From NCBI GenBank assembly GCA_002633005.1, contig NMRA01000002.1:2136656-2200655 (forward strand): 64,000 bases of DNA, in the 5' to 3' direction. The position numbers and the translations under genes were made by a program. Source of the DNA: Phoronis australis (taxonomy: Eukaryota; Animalia; Phoronida). This document shows, piece after piece, positions 1 through 13,926 of the stretch (its first letter is position 1; each line of letters begins with the position of its first letter). The notes under the pieces are model-generated. The model did not search any database and had not been told where the DNA came from. It saw only the letters and a program-made list of their open reading frames with translations.

Positions 1-101
1 ACATGTTTGCGGTCATAATGGGTACTTTGAACAATCATGTTTAGGTGACACCTGGGCACATGCTTGAACTTTCAGCCTCTCCTTTGATTTTGATGTTATA
101 G

Positions 102-3100
102 GCTCAGGACAATCTTGGCACGGCCATGGTCTTCACACTAGTGGAGGAAACGAAGCAGTGGTTGAATGAACACGCGGCGGCAGGTTGTCATGACGACGGG
201 TCATATGAAGGCGAGGATAGTGAGGTAAAGGCGTATCTCCATGAATTTCTGAAATGCATTCTGGGCACTTAAACTGTATTATTCGCACAGTTCCTTTACG
301 TTTCGTGGTGCATCCTTGATCAATGTCATCTAACTGTTGTTTCACCGAACTTAAAATAAATTAATAGGCTGCAATATATTTGATTATAACCCTGGTGAAT
401 TGCCATGCATTGTATTGTCTGATTCGTTGAGTTAAATAAAAATATACTGTTTCAGTGTACAATATAAGACAAGTAATCTGTCAAAATACTATTTCCTCCT
501 GGCTCAGACCAGCATGTTTATGGGTCTGGTTAACAGTTTTTTTCTCCACCTTGAGCTCTTCATGTTTATAGCCCTCACTTCTTCATTCATCTTGCTTGCC
601 TTGGTATTGTTACCATTGCATCTGGCTAGTTTTCTTGATAGACACTAGATGGCATGACATTGACATGTAAAGGCATATTCTGTAACATTTTTGTTACAGG
701 GGTGTGGCTTAGTGATATGTGATCATAAATTTCATTCATTCCGTGAGACCAATATATCTAGGGGAGAGACAACTACTAGGTAAAGGTGCACTTATGTGTC
801 AAAAATATGGACTGACAATAGAGGCGTGGCCGTATCCAATCAGTGTTTATCAGCATCTACTTTATGTAGAGTCTGTGGAAGAGTTTTATATTACGTTTGC
901 TTTATGATGTAGCAGGATAATCTAATCCATAGTTTTAGACTATAATGGTAGGCTTGCATTCAATGCCATTCTGCCAGAATCACAATTTGAAGTACTCTGG
1001 GGAAAACACTCTTTAGCGCCATCTGTGTATCAAGTGATTATGATGACTGTGCTATTAACATGATTAGACTAATTAAAATGAATTGTTATTTTGTTTTTAA
1101 TTAATTTCCTTTTCAGGACAATCTTGATGATGATGTTTTGGATATGCGAGACTGCAGCTTGGCCATACCCAAAATGACTGGTGGTAGATGGGAGTATGTC
1201 ATTGGTCTCGTGGTAAGGGTAGTCCGAGGGGGCAATAGGAAGCGGGAGACTTTATAGCATCCAGCAGAACAACAGTGAATTAGATCAAAGAACTGTGTTC
1301 TGACCGCAGCTAGTGGTCAAGTTCTAATGGAGAAAAATGGCAATCACTTACTGTGTATGAAGTTCATTATAGTTAAACTTTGAATTTTCGTAATGTTGTA
1401 TTTCTTTAAAAAAGTGTTCAAAGTAATGCAAACATACTTGACACATTTGGATATCCTTTGGATTAGATTGTTTGTTTTACAATTTCGCCAAAAAAGTTCA
1501 GTTGTTTTTTAGTGTTGACCACATTCTTCATACCATTGACTTCTCTCGCCAGGGTAAACCATCAGCTGGCAAGTCAACGTTCTTCAATGCAGCTACAACT
1601 CTTGACCTTGCCAAGACAGGTTCACACCCTTTCACAACGATTGAACCAAACTTTGGCAAGGCGTTCTACTCCATACCGTGTCCCTGTGCCAGACTGTGCG
1701 ACAAGCTTTGTGACGCTGGTCAGTTATTTTTGTAACAGTTGCACAAGTAGATTAAGACTTAAGACTGAAATTTGGTTTAACGCTCCCATTTCTCATTTGC
1801 TGAGTTTTAGCCACGTAACTATGAGGACATCACAGTCTAGAAATAATTGATATAAATTATCTCAGTAACTAGCAGTTATGGGCTTATTCTCAGCTTTTCA
1901 TGTTAATTTATTTTGCTCTTAGTAAGATTTTTAGAAATAGGTGTGTGGAGCGTAAGTCCAAATTTGTGAATTAAGTCTAAAATCTCCTTTCATGAACCTG
2001 ACCCGTGAGCTCGTGACCATCAAATTTTACTCACTCAACAGACCCTTAAGTAACTCACAGACTTTTACTCCAATACTTTAGGAATAGTGATCAACAAACT
2101 TTGCTCAGATTCGAGAACTGTTCTCGAGTATCTATGGAAGTTTTTGGTGGAATGAATCGAGAAATTTTTGTAAAATTAAATTAACACATTTTAAAGCCTG
2201 GTGCACTCTACAGTCAAGTAAGCAAATTTGAAATTGTTCATGTAAACCAGGTGTTAAAAAGTTTGTTAAGCGATGGTTGTCGTCTGTGGATTTTCCATTA
2301 AAAAGAGGATGATGTGTATTTTTTGATCAAATTGTATTTAATCATAGGCTACTGATTGCATTGTGCAAAGGAAATGAAATATTTAGATCACAAGGCTATA
2401 AATCTAATCTCAACTTGTTACTTAACTCTAATGAGAAGGGGTTTCTAGGCTTCAAAAGAAATGACATTTAGTTATTGCATGAGACCATGCTCTGCGCAGT
2501 AAATGATCCACAGTTGACAAGCTAACTTGTTGAGCTCGTCAATTGCTTCTCAAACCAAAAATCTTTTACTTTAAGTAAGGTTGAGACTAATGTCTTTAGA
2601 TACATTAGCCTCAACCTTACACTCCCATTTAAAAGTGTGAGTGACCATAATGAAACGTCGGTCATGTAATGTCAAATGTGAAGCGGTTCTATAACTTTAT
2701 CATTGACTTTGATTAAAAATTGTATTTAAGCACGTTTCACTATATTTTCGTTGTGTCTGGCCAAGTGAAATCTGTGTGCTGTTCTAAGGCAGTCTATGAC
2801 GTTTTTCTTGATAGAGTATGGTCACAACTTTGAAGGGCGTCGTCACATTCCAATTCTGCTGAAAGATGTTGCCGGTCTCATTCCTGGAGCTTCAGAAGGC
2901 AAAGGATTGGGCAACAGGTGTCGCTTGGTATTCAATCATCTGAAATGCCTGACGGTTACATATTTCAGTATACATGAGTGGGGATAGCCATTGGCAAAGT
3001 GATTTTGCTTCGGCAACTCAAATCACAGGCAACGCGACATTTTCAAATTTGCAATTTTAGGATTGATGAACCCCAATAGGCTCTGAAATGATTTTATGAA

Positions 3101-6100
3101 TTGTCAATAGTTTCAATGTTTTTGTTACTAAAAAAATGGAATTCGGTCATTGTAATGAATATTAAAAGAGCAAATTTATGAGAGTAAGAGGCCTAATTCA
3201 ATTTTCATTTTCAGCCATCTAAACGGAGCGAAATAAAAACTTTAAGCTTTTAGCCTGAAACAAAACAAATGCTGATGTTGAAGGAGAATAAAAAATCTTA
3301 AACCTTTTATTCTGATTTTATTATAATATCAATGATCATATACTTATTCTCTTAAGTGGTAATAAACTCATTCATTCTGTCAAAAACAATTTTGATTTAA
3401 GCCACTCCAATGTCTCCTTTTGCTTCAGATTAAGTTTGGAAGTGATTTCTAGACTTGAGGAAAACTGACAGTTTGTTATAGCTCCACGCCAGGTTCTTGA
3501 AGTTTGCTTGTCACAGTCCGTTAGTTACTGCCACCGAAGCAGTAAGGCTCTCTGGGAAATTCCAGAAGTTTTAATGCATCTAATTTCAATTCAAGCAAAG
3601 GTTAAAAACATCATTGAGATTACTTTGGAAGACTTATGGTAAAATTCTTCAATTTGGGTCAGTTTCTAAAATTTAGGACACAAACATTCAAGCCAAAATT
3701 GAATCTACTTGATTTTGAAGATTGGAACATATTGAATGATTTTGGCATTCATTATAGATATTTTTCAAATATTGGACATTATATTTTAAATCAACAAAAT
3801 CTGATATAAAATTGTCAAAAATAAATTCTCCCAACCCAAAATTCTTATGATTCTTGCAATGTTGGATATTTCAAAATTTTGGTATGAGCTTCAACCCCTG
3901 GCAAACTAAATTTAATTTTTCACTGTCCCAAACTGGAGAATCTTACTGTTAATGCACAATTGGGAAGAAAGTTGTTTTTGATATCAGAACGCAGTTTTTA
4001 GTGTCTTCAATAACGAAATAGAAAATATGGGTAACCTATTCTGAATGTCTTGCAATCATTTCTTTCAGATTTCTCAATGATTTGCTTGATGCAGACGTAT
4101 TGTTACATATTGTTGATGTGTCTGGCCACACCAATGAGAGAGGTCAGCAGACGTAAGGTCATGACCCCTGCCTGGATGTGCCATGGTTACAGGCAGAGAT
4201 ACAGTAGGCTTCTTTGTGTCTAATATGCTACTTTACACACTTCTAGCTAGTATTTTTATGTGATAAATTCTGTTAGTGCTTACTTAAACTGAGATTGTTT
4301 GCTTATCCTGACTGCACAGCCTGTATGACTTCTGTGTTTGACAGGCGTGTATTTCGTAGTCTTGCTTCCTTTTTGATTTCGTCTTCGATCTTAGATAAGT
4401 TAATACCTATTATTAGTGCACCTCTATACTTTGTACTGCATCCATGGTGGAGCAGTACTTTTGGAGTGTTTAACTAGCTCAAACTTCTTTTTGTCTTGGT
4501 GTGAAATTGTCAGATAATTGTTTCAGGCAGTGGATTTTCAATAATGTCATGGCCAAGTGGGACATCATCAAAAGAAAACCTTCAAAGTTGATTGACATGT
4601 TCACTGGTTACCACGCCAACAAGTCTTTAATAAACTCGGCCCTGGTCAATGCTGGCGTTGACCCCAAGTAAGTTTAAATTTATTGTGTTGTCAGTGGAAG
4701 TAAGAGACGCAATGAATTGAGCGTTTTCGACCGTCAATGGTTGTTCAGTTCTTGGGCCACGTAATGTGATGTCATCAATATCGAAAGGAGGGTACTGACC
4801 TATGTCACGGTTCATGACACTATCGCCCCTTTTCCTAATAAGTAGACTTTCACGTATCCAGCGTGGTGGCAGAGCGTTTTAATAGTCATTTCAATTTTTT
4901 AAGAAGTCTATTTGAACATAAATTTTATAAATTTCTTTCAGTTACAATTTCTTGTCTAGTTAGACTGTTTGTCTCATAATTATTTTAAAGTTGATGAAAG
5001 GTTTGTGGTGTATTTCTTTCACTTATTCCTAATTACAATTATTGTAAATTGTGTTTTCATAACTTGGTAACAGTCATCCATAAGTCTCCAGTTCATGGTT
5101 TTATTAGACATGAGTGCTCCTCCTTTTCCATGCATAGTCACAACTTATAGTTTGCATTATGTCCACTAGGGATCTCTCCAGTCTTCCAAAGTGGCCTGAG
5201 GAGAAGGTTCAAAAGATTGTCCTGGAGTTCTTGTCACTGCGATTTCCAATGCTGCTAGTGTTGAACAAATGTGATGTAGCAGGGGCAGAGGAAAATATAA
5301 GAAAGTAAGCAGCATCTGATTGTGGATTAGTGACTATGGCACATGACGTGTGCATGTTTGTCAGGCTGTGGTAAAATTTTTAAAATTTTGTACAAGATTA
5401 TTGTCAGATTTTGCCTTTCTCTGAAAAGTTTTTCAAATATTGATTTGTGTCAGCTGTGCTGTACTAAGCCTGCTAAACACAAATTTCAAACTTCTAGAAA
5501 TCTAAGTCATTTTTGTTGAGAATTTCACCAACTGAAAGTAATCATTATCTCGTTTGCCATATTGTGTCTCAAACTGAAGAATTGTTGTCGTGTGAATAAT
5601 TATTAAGTGCTGGTTAGTCTTTTGGACAATCATAAAATAATTAAAGTAAAGTGAAAGAAAAAAACTATTGCAATGGAATTAATTCAGATAATTTGCTTTT
5701 AATTGGATGGAATTCTGAATTGCCTAGTTATTGTTTTACGAAGTAAGCACGGAATTTCACAAACAATTTCTGTAGCCAGAGATAGTAGAGGCATAGTGTA
5801 CTTCCCTTGTTATTTCGTACGATGAAACACAACCTCTCTGTCTAATGACGTTGATCATACATCAGTCTCCTTTTCATAACTTCAGGTTACAAGACAAATT
5901 TCCTCAGCTTCCCAGTATACCAGTGAGTGCAAAAAAAGAAGTTTTACTTCAGAAGGCACAAAAGTCGGGCTCTTTACAGTACGAGTATGGCAGTAGCCAG
6001 TTCTCTGTGACAGAGAGTGGCCAGAATCATCTGACAGCGTCTGAGAAGTCTGTGCTGGATGACATTAGAAAAACTGTGATAGACAGGTTAGAGTCTTTTC

Positions 6101-7198
6101 TGAGATGGTTTTACATTTTACTTCTTTTAAGTAAAAGGTAGGGATAGGACAATATGGGATCTAAATAAATGTTGTGCTATGTACTTTTAAAAGCTGATGA
6201 TCTTCAGTCAGTGAAGTTAAACCAGAAAGTCATGTTATCAACTAGTTCAGCATTTAATGTGGGATGGTTGAACAAGATAACAGAATTCCCTTTTAGTATA
6301 CTTTTCCTCGTGGATTTTGTTATCGTCCCTAAATCTAACGTTGTTTCTCTAGTACCTTCTTTTAGAACAATTATAATGAAACTGTTGTCTTTAAATTTGA
6401 ATGTATAATGTATATGAACACAGACATGGTTCCACAAATGTCCACAAGGCTCTGTGCAAAGCTGTCTCACTACGATCCCCCTCCTATGTGTTTCCTGTGG
6501 GCTGCCTGGAAAGCTTGAAGATGGCCAACAAACATGAACGAGAGATACACACATTGAGGGACTGCATCTCCCTAAAACCAGAAACAACAGTTGAGGAGGC
6601 GTATGAAACACTGTGTCATTGTCCAACAAATATCTTGTCGGGTGAATTTGTAAGAGCCGAGGTGAGACATTATGTGATACCTTGGTACACTGTTACACTG
6701 TAGATATTTGAATGCTCAGCCAGTCACTACAAATATGAACACATTCACGTACAAAGTAGGCAAACAAAATGCCATGACCGCATCATGATGATTGACTCTG
6801 TTTTAAGTGGAGGGACTGACTGTTGATTGTGGCAATGTCCTAAATACGATGTAGTGTTTTCATCGACATACTTACTGGAGTGGTAAATTCTTTGTCATTC
6901 CCTGTAGTGACTGACAGATGGTTGCTATGACAATTAATTCCACTTTTATTTAGCGATGGCTAGGTCGTTTTGTTTGCTCTGTGGTGCTCTTGGTAAATTC
7001 CCGTGGAATTTTTTGCTTTGATGAAACTGATCAACAGAGATAGTATTGTCTTTTTTAAACAGTACTCTAGACATAATGCTTCATTGTGTTTTTCAGACAA
7101 CAGATGGTGCTGGTAACAGGAGACAGGTTCGAAAAGATGAAATTGTCCAGGACAGTAACAACATCATTAGATTCATGACCACAAAGAGAGTTCGGTGA
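102..7198 (+). CDS. RWD-domain / Ygr210-type OBG-family GTPase with C-terminal TGS-like region (5' exons outside window; one in-frame TAA at 4154-4156)
   Basis: Phase-consistent GT-AG exons: 102-224, 1117-1212, 1553-1718, 2815-2917, 4069-4203, 4527-4667, 5170-5304, 5886-6086, 6424-6661, 7097-7198 (1440 nt, ends TGA). Motifs: G1 [14 protein letters not shown]2 [13 protein letters not shown] insert, G3 [21 protein letters not shown]4 NKCD, G5 PVSA. The first exon, [21 protein letters not shown], resembles the last helix of RWD domains. Confidence 0.85.
1740..2004. mobile_element. MITE-like repeat related to the element at 20050-20347 (ends approximate)
   Basis: Shares ttaagacttaa..ga..aaa.tggttta.acgctccc and the ctttcatgaa..gacc end with 20050-20347. 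Confidence 0.45.
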
Positions 7199-7261
7199 CA
7201 TCATGATAACTTTATCTCTTTTGATTTTGTATTTATCTGTTATTACATTAGCTGTATGTGC

Positions 7262-7267
7262 AATAAA
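7262..7267 (+). terminator. Candidate polyadenylation signal of the GTPase gene
   Basis: AATAAA 64 nt after the TGA at 7198. Confidence 0.35.
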
Positions 7268-7559
7268 AATTTCAAATCTAAAGCAAGTCCTTTCTTATAT
7301 GGTGTTGGTTTACAAGACTGTCTAATGATGGTGTTAGTATGTCTACTGATAGGCTTAAATACTGAGAGACTTTCAGATGCGAAGTTCAGTCGCATCATGT
7401 ATACTTGAGAAGTTGGTTTGGCCAAAGTTTAATTCGAGTGAGGGCCATTCACATATTAGGTCACCACTAGAGGGAGACGTTACAAAAGATGGCGATTGAT
7501 GACTGTGGTATCGTGGTTTGAGACCTGAAAGGCTGTGAGTAGATAATATGCTAAGTGTA

Positions 7560-7800
7560 AAACTAACAAAGAGCTCAGAAGGATGACCCCGATGTGAACA
7601 AATTGAAGGCGTGGATCACAAACGATTTGTAAGCATGTTTGTGATGGAGATTGTAGTTTTGCATGAATCAGCCACTTCCCCCGGGAGTCTCTGAAACATC
7701 CGAACAAGTAGACCCATATTTTTGAGAATTGGTAGCCAGTCGTGGGCGATTGGCAAATTCTTTTAATGAACTTGAACATGCTCGATAAAGAGTTTACAAC
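7560..7800 (+). mobile_element. Possible highly degraded Ty3/Gypsy pol fragment
   Basis: AQKDDPDVNKLKAWI at 7573 resembles the pre-integrase 'Q..DP....W' segment of Gypsy elements. The rest is broken by stops. Confidence 0.2.
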
Positions 7801-8169
7801 AGAAATGGCTTTGAGCAATTCAAGGTTTTGTTTATTTGTCTATTTCAAGATTTATTAATTGCGTAAGACATGGATTCCAGGAGAAAACAGGGGATATCCG
7901 TTTAAATACATGAATACACTCAGGACGAAATACGGTATGTCCATAAGTCACATGGTCGAAAAACATGTAGATGTGTGACTGCATGACACGCTTCGAGTGA
8001 ACTTACAAATTTGTACGTAAAATATGCGGCGTCCAGACACAATCGTCTAAACAAGCGATGTCAAGACAACCAGTTTCACGGTTTTGGGGATTCCTTTTGA
8101 ACGGTGCACTGAGTTGCTCGGACCCGTATTGGAACAGTGCCACCTGTCGAAATTTCCGGAGGCTTCTGT

Positions 8170-8556
8170 GGCCAGTTGCATGAAACAGTCCCAAAGAAGG
8201 ACTCAACTATAAGGTCCCTAAGTCTTTGTGCATATTTGTGTCTTTATGGACTCACATAAGCAATATTTTTTCTATAATTTCATCTTTATCATTAGCTCGT
8301 CTTTGATTAATGACATTTTCGAATGATATAACTAAAGAACTGAGCCCGAGAGATCATTGAAAATAAACAGGGACTCATGAAAACATCCTTACTTATTTTA
8401 GATAATATTGACATTTCAACGTTCAGTTCACCCTCAGTTTGAATAAAGGTAAAAAATTGTCTTAGTAATGAAACTAAAGTGCAAGAAAGGGCAATCGATG
8501 TTTTCACAAGTCCAAAATTTGTTGAGTCCCTATTGGGACTGTTTCATGCAAAGAGC
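8170..8556. mobile_element. MITE with ~30-bp terminal inverted repeats
   Basis: ttgcatgaaacagtcccaaagaaggactcaac (~8176) is the near reverse complement of gttgagtccctattgggactgtttcatgcaa (~8521). Confidence 0.6.
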
Positions 8557-9999
8557 GGACACTGTGCGATTTTGTTGGTATCGATAGCAGTAGTATTCTA
8601 AGTTTTTCGGCGGCGAGGTTCGAGTTAAAATAATGCTCTAAATAGTGAGAGTAGATTCTCTCGGGATTGATCTAAATTCTTTCTATTTACAAATTGTCAA
8701 CTTTAAATTAGTTATCGTAGCAAACTCGACTTGACTCCCAGCGATTCTACCCGCAATACATGTCTCTAAGGGGTAGCGACGGTAAATCCACGTTCCGTCC
8801 AAGAATCGGACTTTAATTTAGACCATTTACTCAATGCTGTAAAATTGGTCTCTACTGTTTTGTTTTTCGTTCGAGAAGTGATTTCTGGGTTATCTGTTTA
8901 TTTTTTACGACCGTGCTCAGCACATTGCACTTCGTGGCCCGGAATCCAACTTACTTTCAGACATTAACGGTTCTTTCGAAGACCTGAAGTCTAATTTCAA
9001 GGAACAATCTAAGACCGATTTCATCACAATCAGTTATCGTAATCATTTTTATGACAAATCGGATTTACAGTCATTTTAATTGAGCTGAGATAGTCCAACT
9101 GGTTTATGACACCCCCTCCCTCACTAATGTTTACCTTCCCACGGGACTGCGGTAGTAATATGACTGAAGATAGGACGAACATTCGTTTTCCACATATCAC
9201 TCAGATCCTGATTTTGGATGCACAACAACAAAAACATCGAGTTCTAATTCCAAATTATAGACGCCTTATCAAATCTTGGTCTCGCAGATTATTAAAATTT
9301 GGAGACAGTTTTGGTAGCCTATTTTCTAAATTTGCAATTTGCAGAAATGGAAGACATTTGGCATTTGAGTGTTCTTAAAAGGTGTGTGTGAAAAAAGTAT
9401 GGAAATCTTTCAAGTTAAACATTGTTATTACAATATTTCAATAAATTTCAGTGCCTTTTTCAAAATTTTCCTTGGCGACACGTGATTTCAAATGGTGGCA
9501 AACATACTCCTGTAATCGAAAATAAAATTATGGCTACTTGAGGTTTATTACAGTAATAATGATGCAATATCTGCATACACCAATTGACCCATTGAATGAC
9601 TGACTGTTGTCCATCGGGGATTTATAAGGTTTGGTGGCGTAGTTCGGGATCCCATAATCACCCGTAAATTATTGGTCAACTATGACTGAGAGAATACGGA
9701 GTGCCTCGGGAAATGCTTAAAAACAACGTGTTATCGGAAAATGAAACTAATTTACGGCTCAATTACAGTTTAAAGCAAATTAAGATGAAACCAAGTAGAC
9801 CGAAGAAAGTTAAAAAAAAAAAAATTAATTTCCTGAATATTTGTCGACCTTTAGACCTTACATGTAAGAGGCAAACCACGAATAGATAGCCTGACACTTA
9901 TGATACCTTTATCGTTTAGCCTCACAGTGGGTTAAGGTGAACACAGGAGGAACCGTTTTCAACGTTTTCTTTAATTTCTATTTTTCATCAACAGTCGGA

Positions 10000-12900
10000 A
10001 TGAATTTTGACGAAATTCTTCAAAGTTTGGGGACATTTGGCCGTTATCAAATGCGCATTTACTTTTTGCTCTGCCTGCCGACGATTCCGACTCCAATGCA
10101 CACGTTAGCACCTGTTTTTATTGCCTTCACGCCGAAGTACAGGTAAGCAGTTACGTCTTTACCATAAGTTGTGCGGTCCACTCACAAGTGCGATAGTCTT
10201 TGACTACCTCAATGCCTTATTACCAGCGCCAAGAAATCCTGTCTGAAAAATATTCCATTTGTAAAAATACTGTAGGTTAAATTTCAAAGGAGCGAATTCT
10301 TTTTGAATTAAAGTCACCGTAGGTTACATTCCGTGCCCATTTTAATAATGCAATAGTTGTTGATGAGTGTTTACAGCTAAGTTATTTTGCGAACCAGTTC
10401 CCTACATGGGAAGCGTTTGCTCAGAATGTTTACGCTAAGAAACCAGTATGTAGCAACGCAATATAAATAAACTTCTTGCAACTTTTTGTGACATTTTTGT
10501 TGTGTTTTTTCGGAGGTAAGTTTTTATTGATCAAATTTATCGTAATGTCAAATATGCGGTAACAATGGATATGGCAATGTATGTTGAAAAGCGCATAAAA
10601 CTTTCATCTAAGTTTGATTATCTTTTGTCAAGATGACTCTGTTAAAATATTCACATCTCAAATCAGCAACTTGGATTAATAGAGGCAAGATCATTGAAGA
10701 GATAAAAAATCATCGCTGAAGGATAGCTTTAACTCGTGAATTCACCGAGTAAGTATAGTCGTAGCTGTACTTTACCATGCCAGGCAATCCAAATTTTACT
10801 CAGTCCGTTTTACTCGAAACTTGAAAAAAATTCTCATTCTGAGCAAAATTTTGGAGACCACCAAAATGCACTCAGCCAAAAGAACTCAAAATCTTTAATA
10901 ATCATCAAGCTTTCGAGTAGTACTCATCCAAACCATACCCCCATGTAATTCTTTAGCTCAGCTCAAATCTGACACGCATATAGGGATGAAAATGCGACAA
11001 AATTTGAATCAAATTACTCTGGTGATTCTGACTTTATTTTAAGACGTTGAAATAGGATAATTTCCTAGTGATAGATTATATACTCTTAGGTTACCGCACT
11101 CCGAATGCCAATCACATAAATAAAAATAGTTACTGAAAAAGCGTATGCAGTGTGAGAGCCCTGTCACTAAGCTCGTTCTCGGAACGCGCGAGACTTCATA
11201 ACTCCCATTCTTTACTCCAATTCAAGAGGTACATATAGGCCTACTGTATCTCTTTCGTTGTCATCGATATGGAGATTTTGCATCAGTCTTGCCCACGCGG
11301 TACCAGAATTCTCCCACAGGAGAAGTTGGCAGGGACGTCTCACAAACTCGGGTCAATCCAATCCTCTCAGATATCGTTTCGGTTAAGTAATTTGTATACA
11401 CATTGCAGTCTTGAACGTGTAACTTGTCCGCGGTATGGTAATTTGGCTTTGCTTCCACCATGACGGGAGGAGGTATTTCGCATTCATTTACTTCTTATAC
11501 AATTTTACATCACTTGATATTGTCTCAACAAATTCACGTTTTCATATTACTCGGACAATTTGTTGGTGTATTTTAACGTGCCTATCTTTTCTACAGCGTG
11601 GTGTTACCTTAATTCAGTAGCGCTCCATGGTACGGCGTTCCTCCCACTTAGACGAGGTGAAAAAATTTTGTCGCACTTCCCACAGAAATTTATTTAGCTA
11701 CCGCAATAAAATTTGGGAGAAAGTTCGTCTGACGTTGCTGTCTGTTTGCTGACGGGAGTTGCGGCAACGGCGCTTCAGTATCGTCTTTTTGTTCAGGGAA
11801 CATAAATCGTATTGGTGTCTAGCCCGGTGCTAGTGTTATTGTTATTACGTGTAGTTGCAATATCACCATGCGTTCCATGTTGTGAAGTTTCGGGGTTACA
11901 TTAGTATTTTCCTTTGCCAATATCTTTATTATTCCACAGGTGCGCCATTCCGGGATATGACGGCGACACGTACGACGCCATCAATCAGACGCACGAGCTC
12001 TACATTAAAGCCTTCATACCGGACGACGACTTTTGTCACGTGTACACTGGCGTTAACATGACTTCACCATCGTGGGACTTGCTTAAGTTGAATGGAACAA
12101 CATGGGAGGAGCTAAACATTACAATGAAGAAAGTAGAATGCTCAGCTTGGGTTTACGACAGGTCGACTTTCCAGGAAACTATAATAACACAGGTACTTTA
12201 AAGTACCTTTGATGCTTAGATCTATCCAGCATCGATACCATCGACCATCAGTACCACACCTGTCACCACCAGCATGAATACTACTAACATGCATCACCAC
12301 CTTCGTTGTCATCAACATAATTATCACCACCACCCTTGCCACTACCATTGTTAACGTCATCGTAATCGCCACCATCTCAATCATTGTCACCTTCATCCTC
12401 TTAATTGTGACCATCGACTGCACCACTAACTGCTGCATCACCAGTCGTCACACAACCAAAACTATCCGGATTACCACCACGAGCATTTCCACATTCTTCG
12501 TCGTCATCACCATCGATGGTGTAGATGCCTCATGCCATATTCTTCATCATCATCGTTATTGCCATGTTCACTATCATCGCTATAATCATCATTAGTATAG
12601 TCATCAACATCATCTTCATCATCGTCTTTGCCGTTGTCGTCGTCATCTTATTTTCACCAACATTAAGATCATCATCGCCATGAATCATGAGTCATCGCTC
12701 TCATCCTTTTGCATTCATCATCTTTACCGTCAGCACCGACATCGTTGCACAATGGTTGTTACTAAACTTATACCGATTTCTAATTTGCAATAACTCTGAT
12801 CCGTGAAATCTGCAGCTGCTCATAAGCAAACATTCTTTTCGTGTTTCAGTATAATCTTGTTTGTAAAGATGCTCCTTTAGCAACTTACGCCACGGTGATA

Positions 12901-13879
12901 TTCATGGGAGGCCTCTTAGTTGGTGCATTTGGATTTGGAATATTATCCGACGCGTAAGTACGGAGCCACACAGACATCATGCTACTGTAAGTGGCATTGA
13001 TGTTTTGACAAAGTATTGCCGTAACCGTTACGTCATCAGTGGCAGTGTACGTGAGTGCTTAATGAAGCCCATGCGAAAGTAAGAGTTTTTGGAGGATGCA
13101 ACACATTTCTCCTGATCGCTACTATTTTCGCCTCCAACCCACCTGGACGGCACAAATCTCATAGCTTGAGGTTGTTAACAATTTCAAATACTTCCCACCC
13201 CGCACCCTCCAAATTAAAAAATGTCCATTTCTCTCTTAAGAGTGTTTGAAATACTCTCCTTTTATCTTTCCTTTCCTTCAATCGCTTTTCTATTTCCAAA
13301 TGAGCATTAGAACTTGAACCTTAGCACACTGCAGGTTTGGCTGTTGACGCTGCAAATTTCTGGGGATACGTGGCACGGGCGGCCCAGCACTGAAAAATGT
13401 GGGGGCCATAGCCCCCTGTGGTGCACCTCGCATTGACCATGGACGGGGCAGCACTGTAAAACGTGGGAGCTATAGCCCCCAAGCTCCCTATGGTGCGCCG
13501 CCCATGAATGGCCATATTTACTGTGATATATGAGAGCATTTATTGCTAAACCAAACATACACATAATTGTAATAATTATAACTCAGATTCAGAAACATTT
13601 AGAAGACAAAATAGCCAGAACAAATTTCAGTAAGAAAACCCAAGTACAAAGGCACAAAAATATAACAAACATACCTTTATGAGCGTCAATAATATCGCAA
13701 CTCGTTGAAAACATTGTTCTACATTCATGTCAGAAGGTCAAGTGAGGAAAAGAGCACGAGCACCAACAGCGATGGATGCGCAGGTGGAGGCGGCAGAAGC
13801 AGCAGCAATAGCAGCAGCAGCAGCAGCAGCGGCAGCAGCGGCAGCAGCGGCATCAGCAGCAGCAGCGCAGTAGCAGCAG

Positions 13880-13926
<47 letters not shown>

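Noticed and set aside
133-345. 70-aa minus-strand ORF
   Set aside because: Antisense shadow of the real + strand exon 102-224.
4154-4156. Stop-codon reassignment or selenocysteine readthrough
   Set aside because: The codon is TAA, not TGA, it is a single instance, and the other genes read normally in the standard code.
12142-12595. Met/Val/Thr/His-rich ORFs (also 42048-42495)
   Set aside because: Low-complexity trinucleotide intron sequence.
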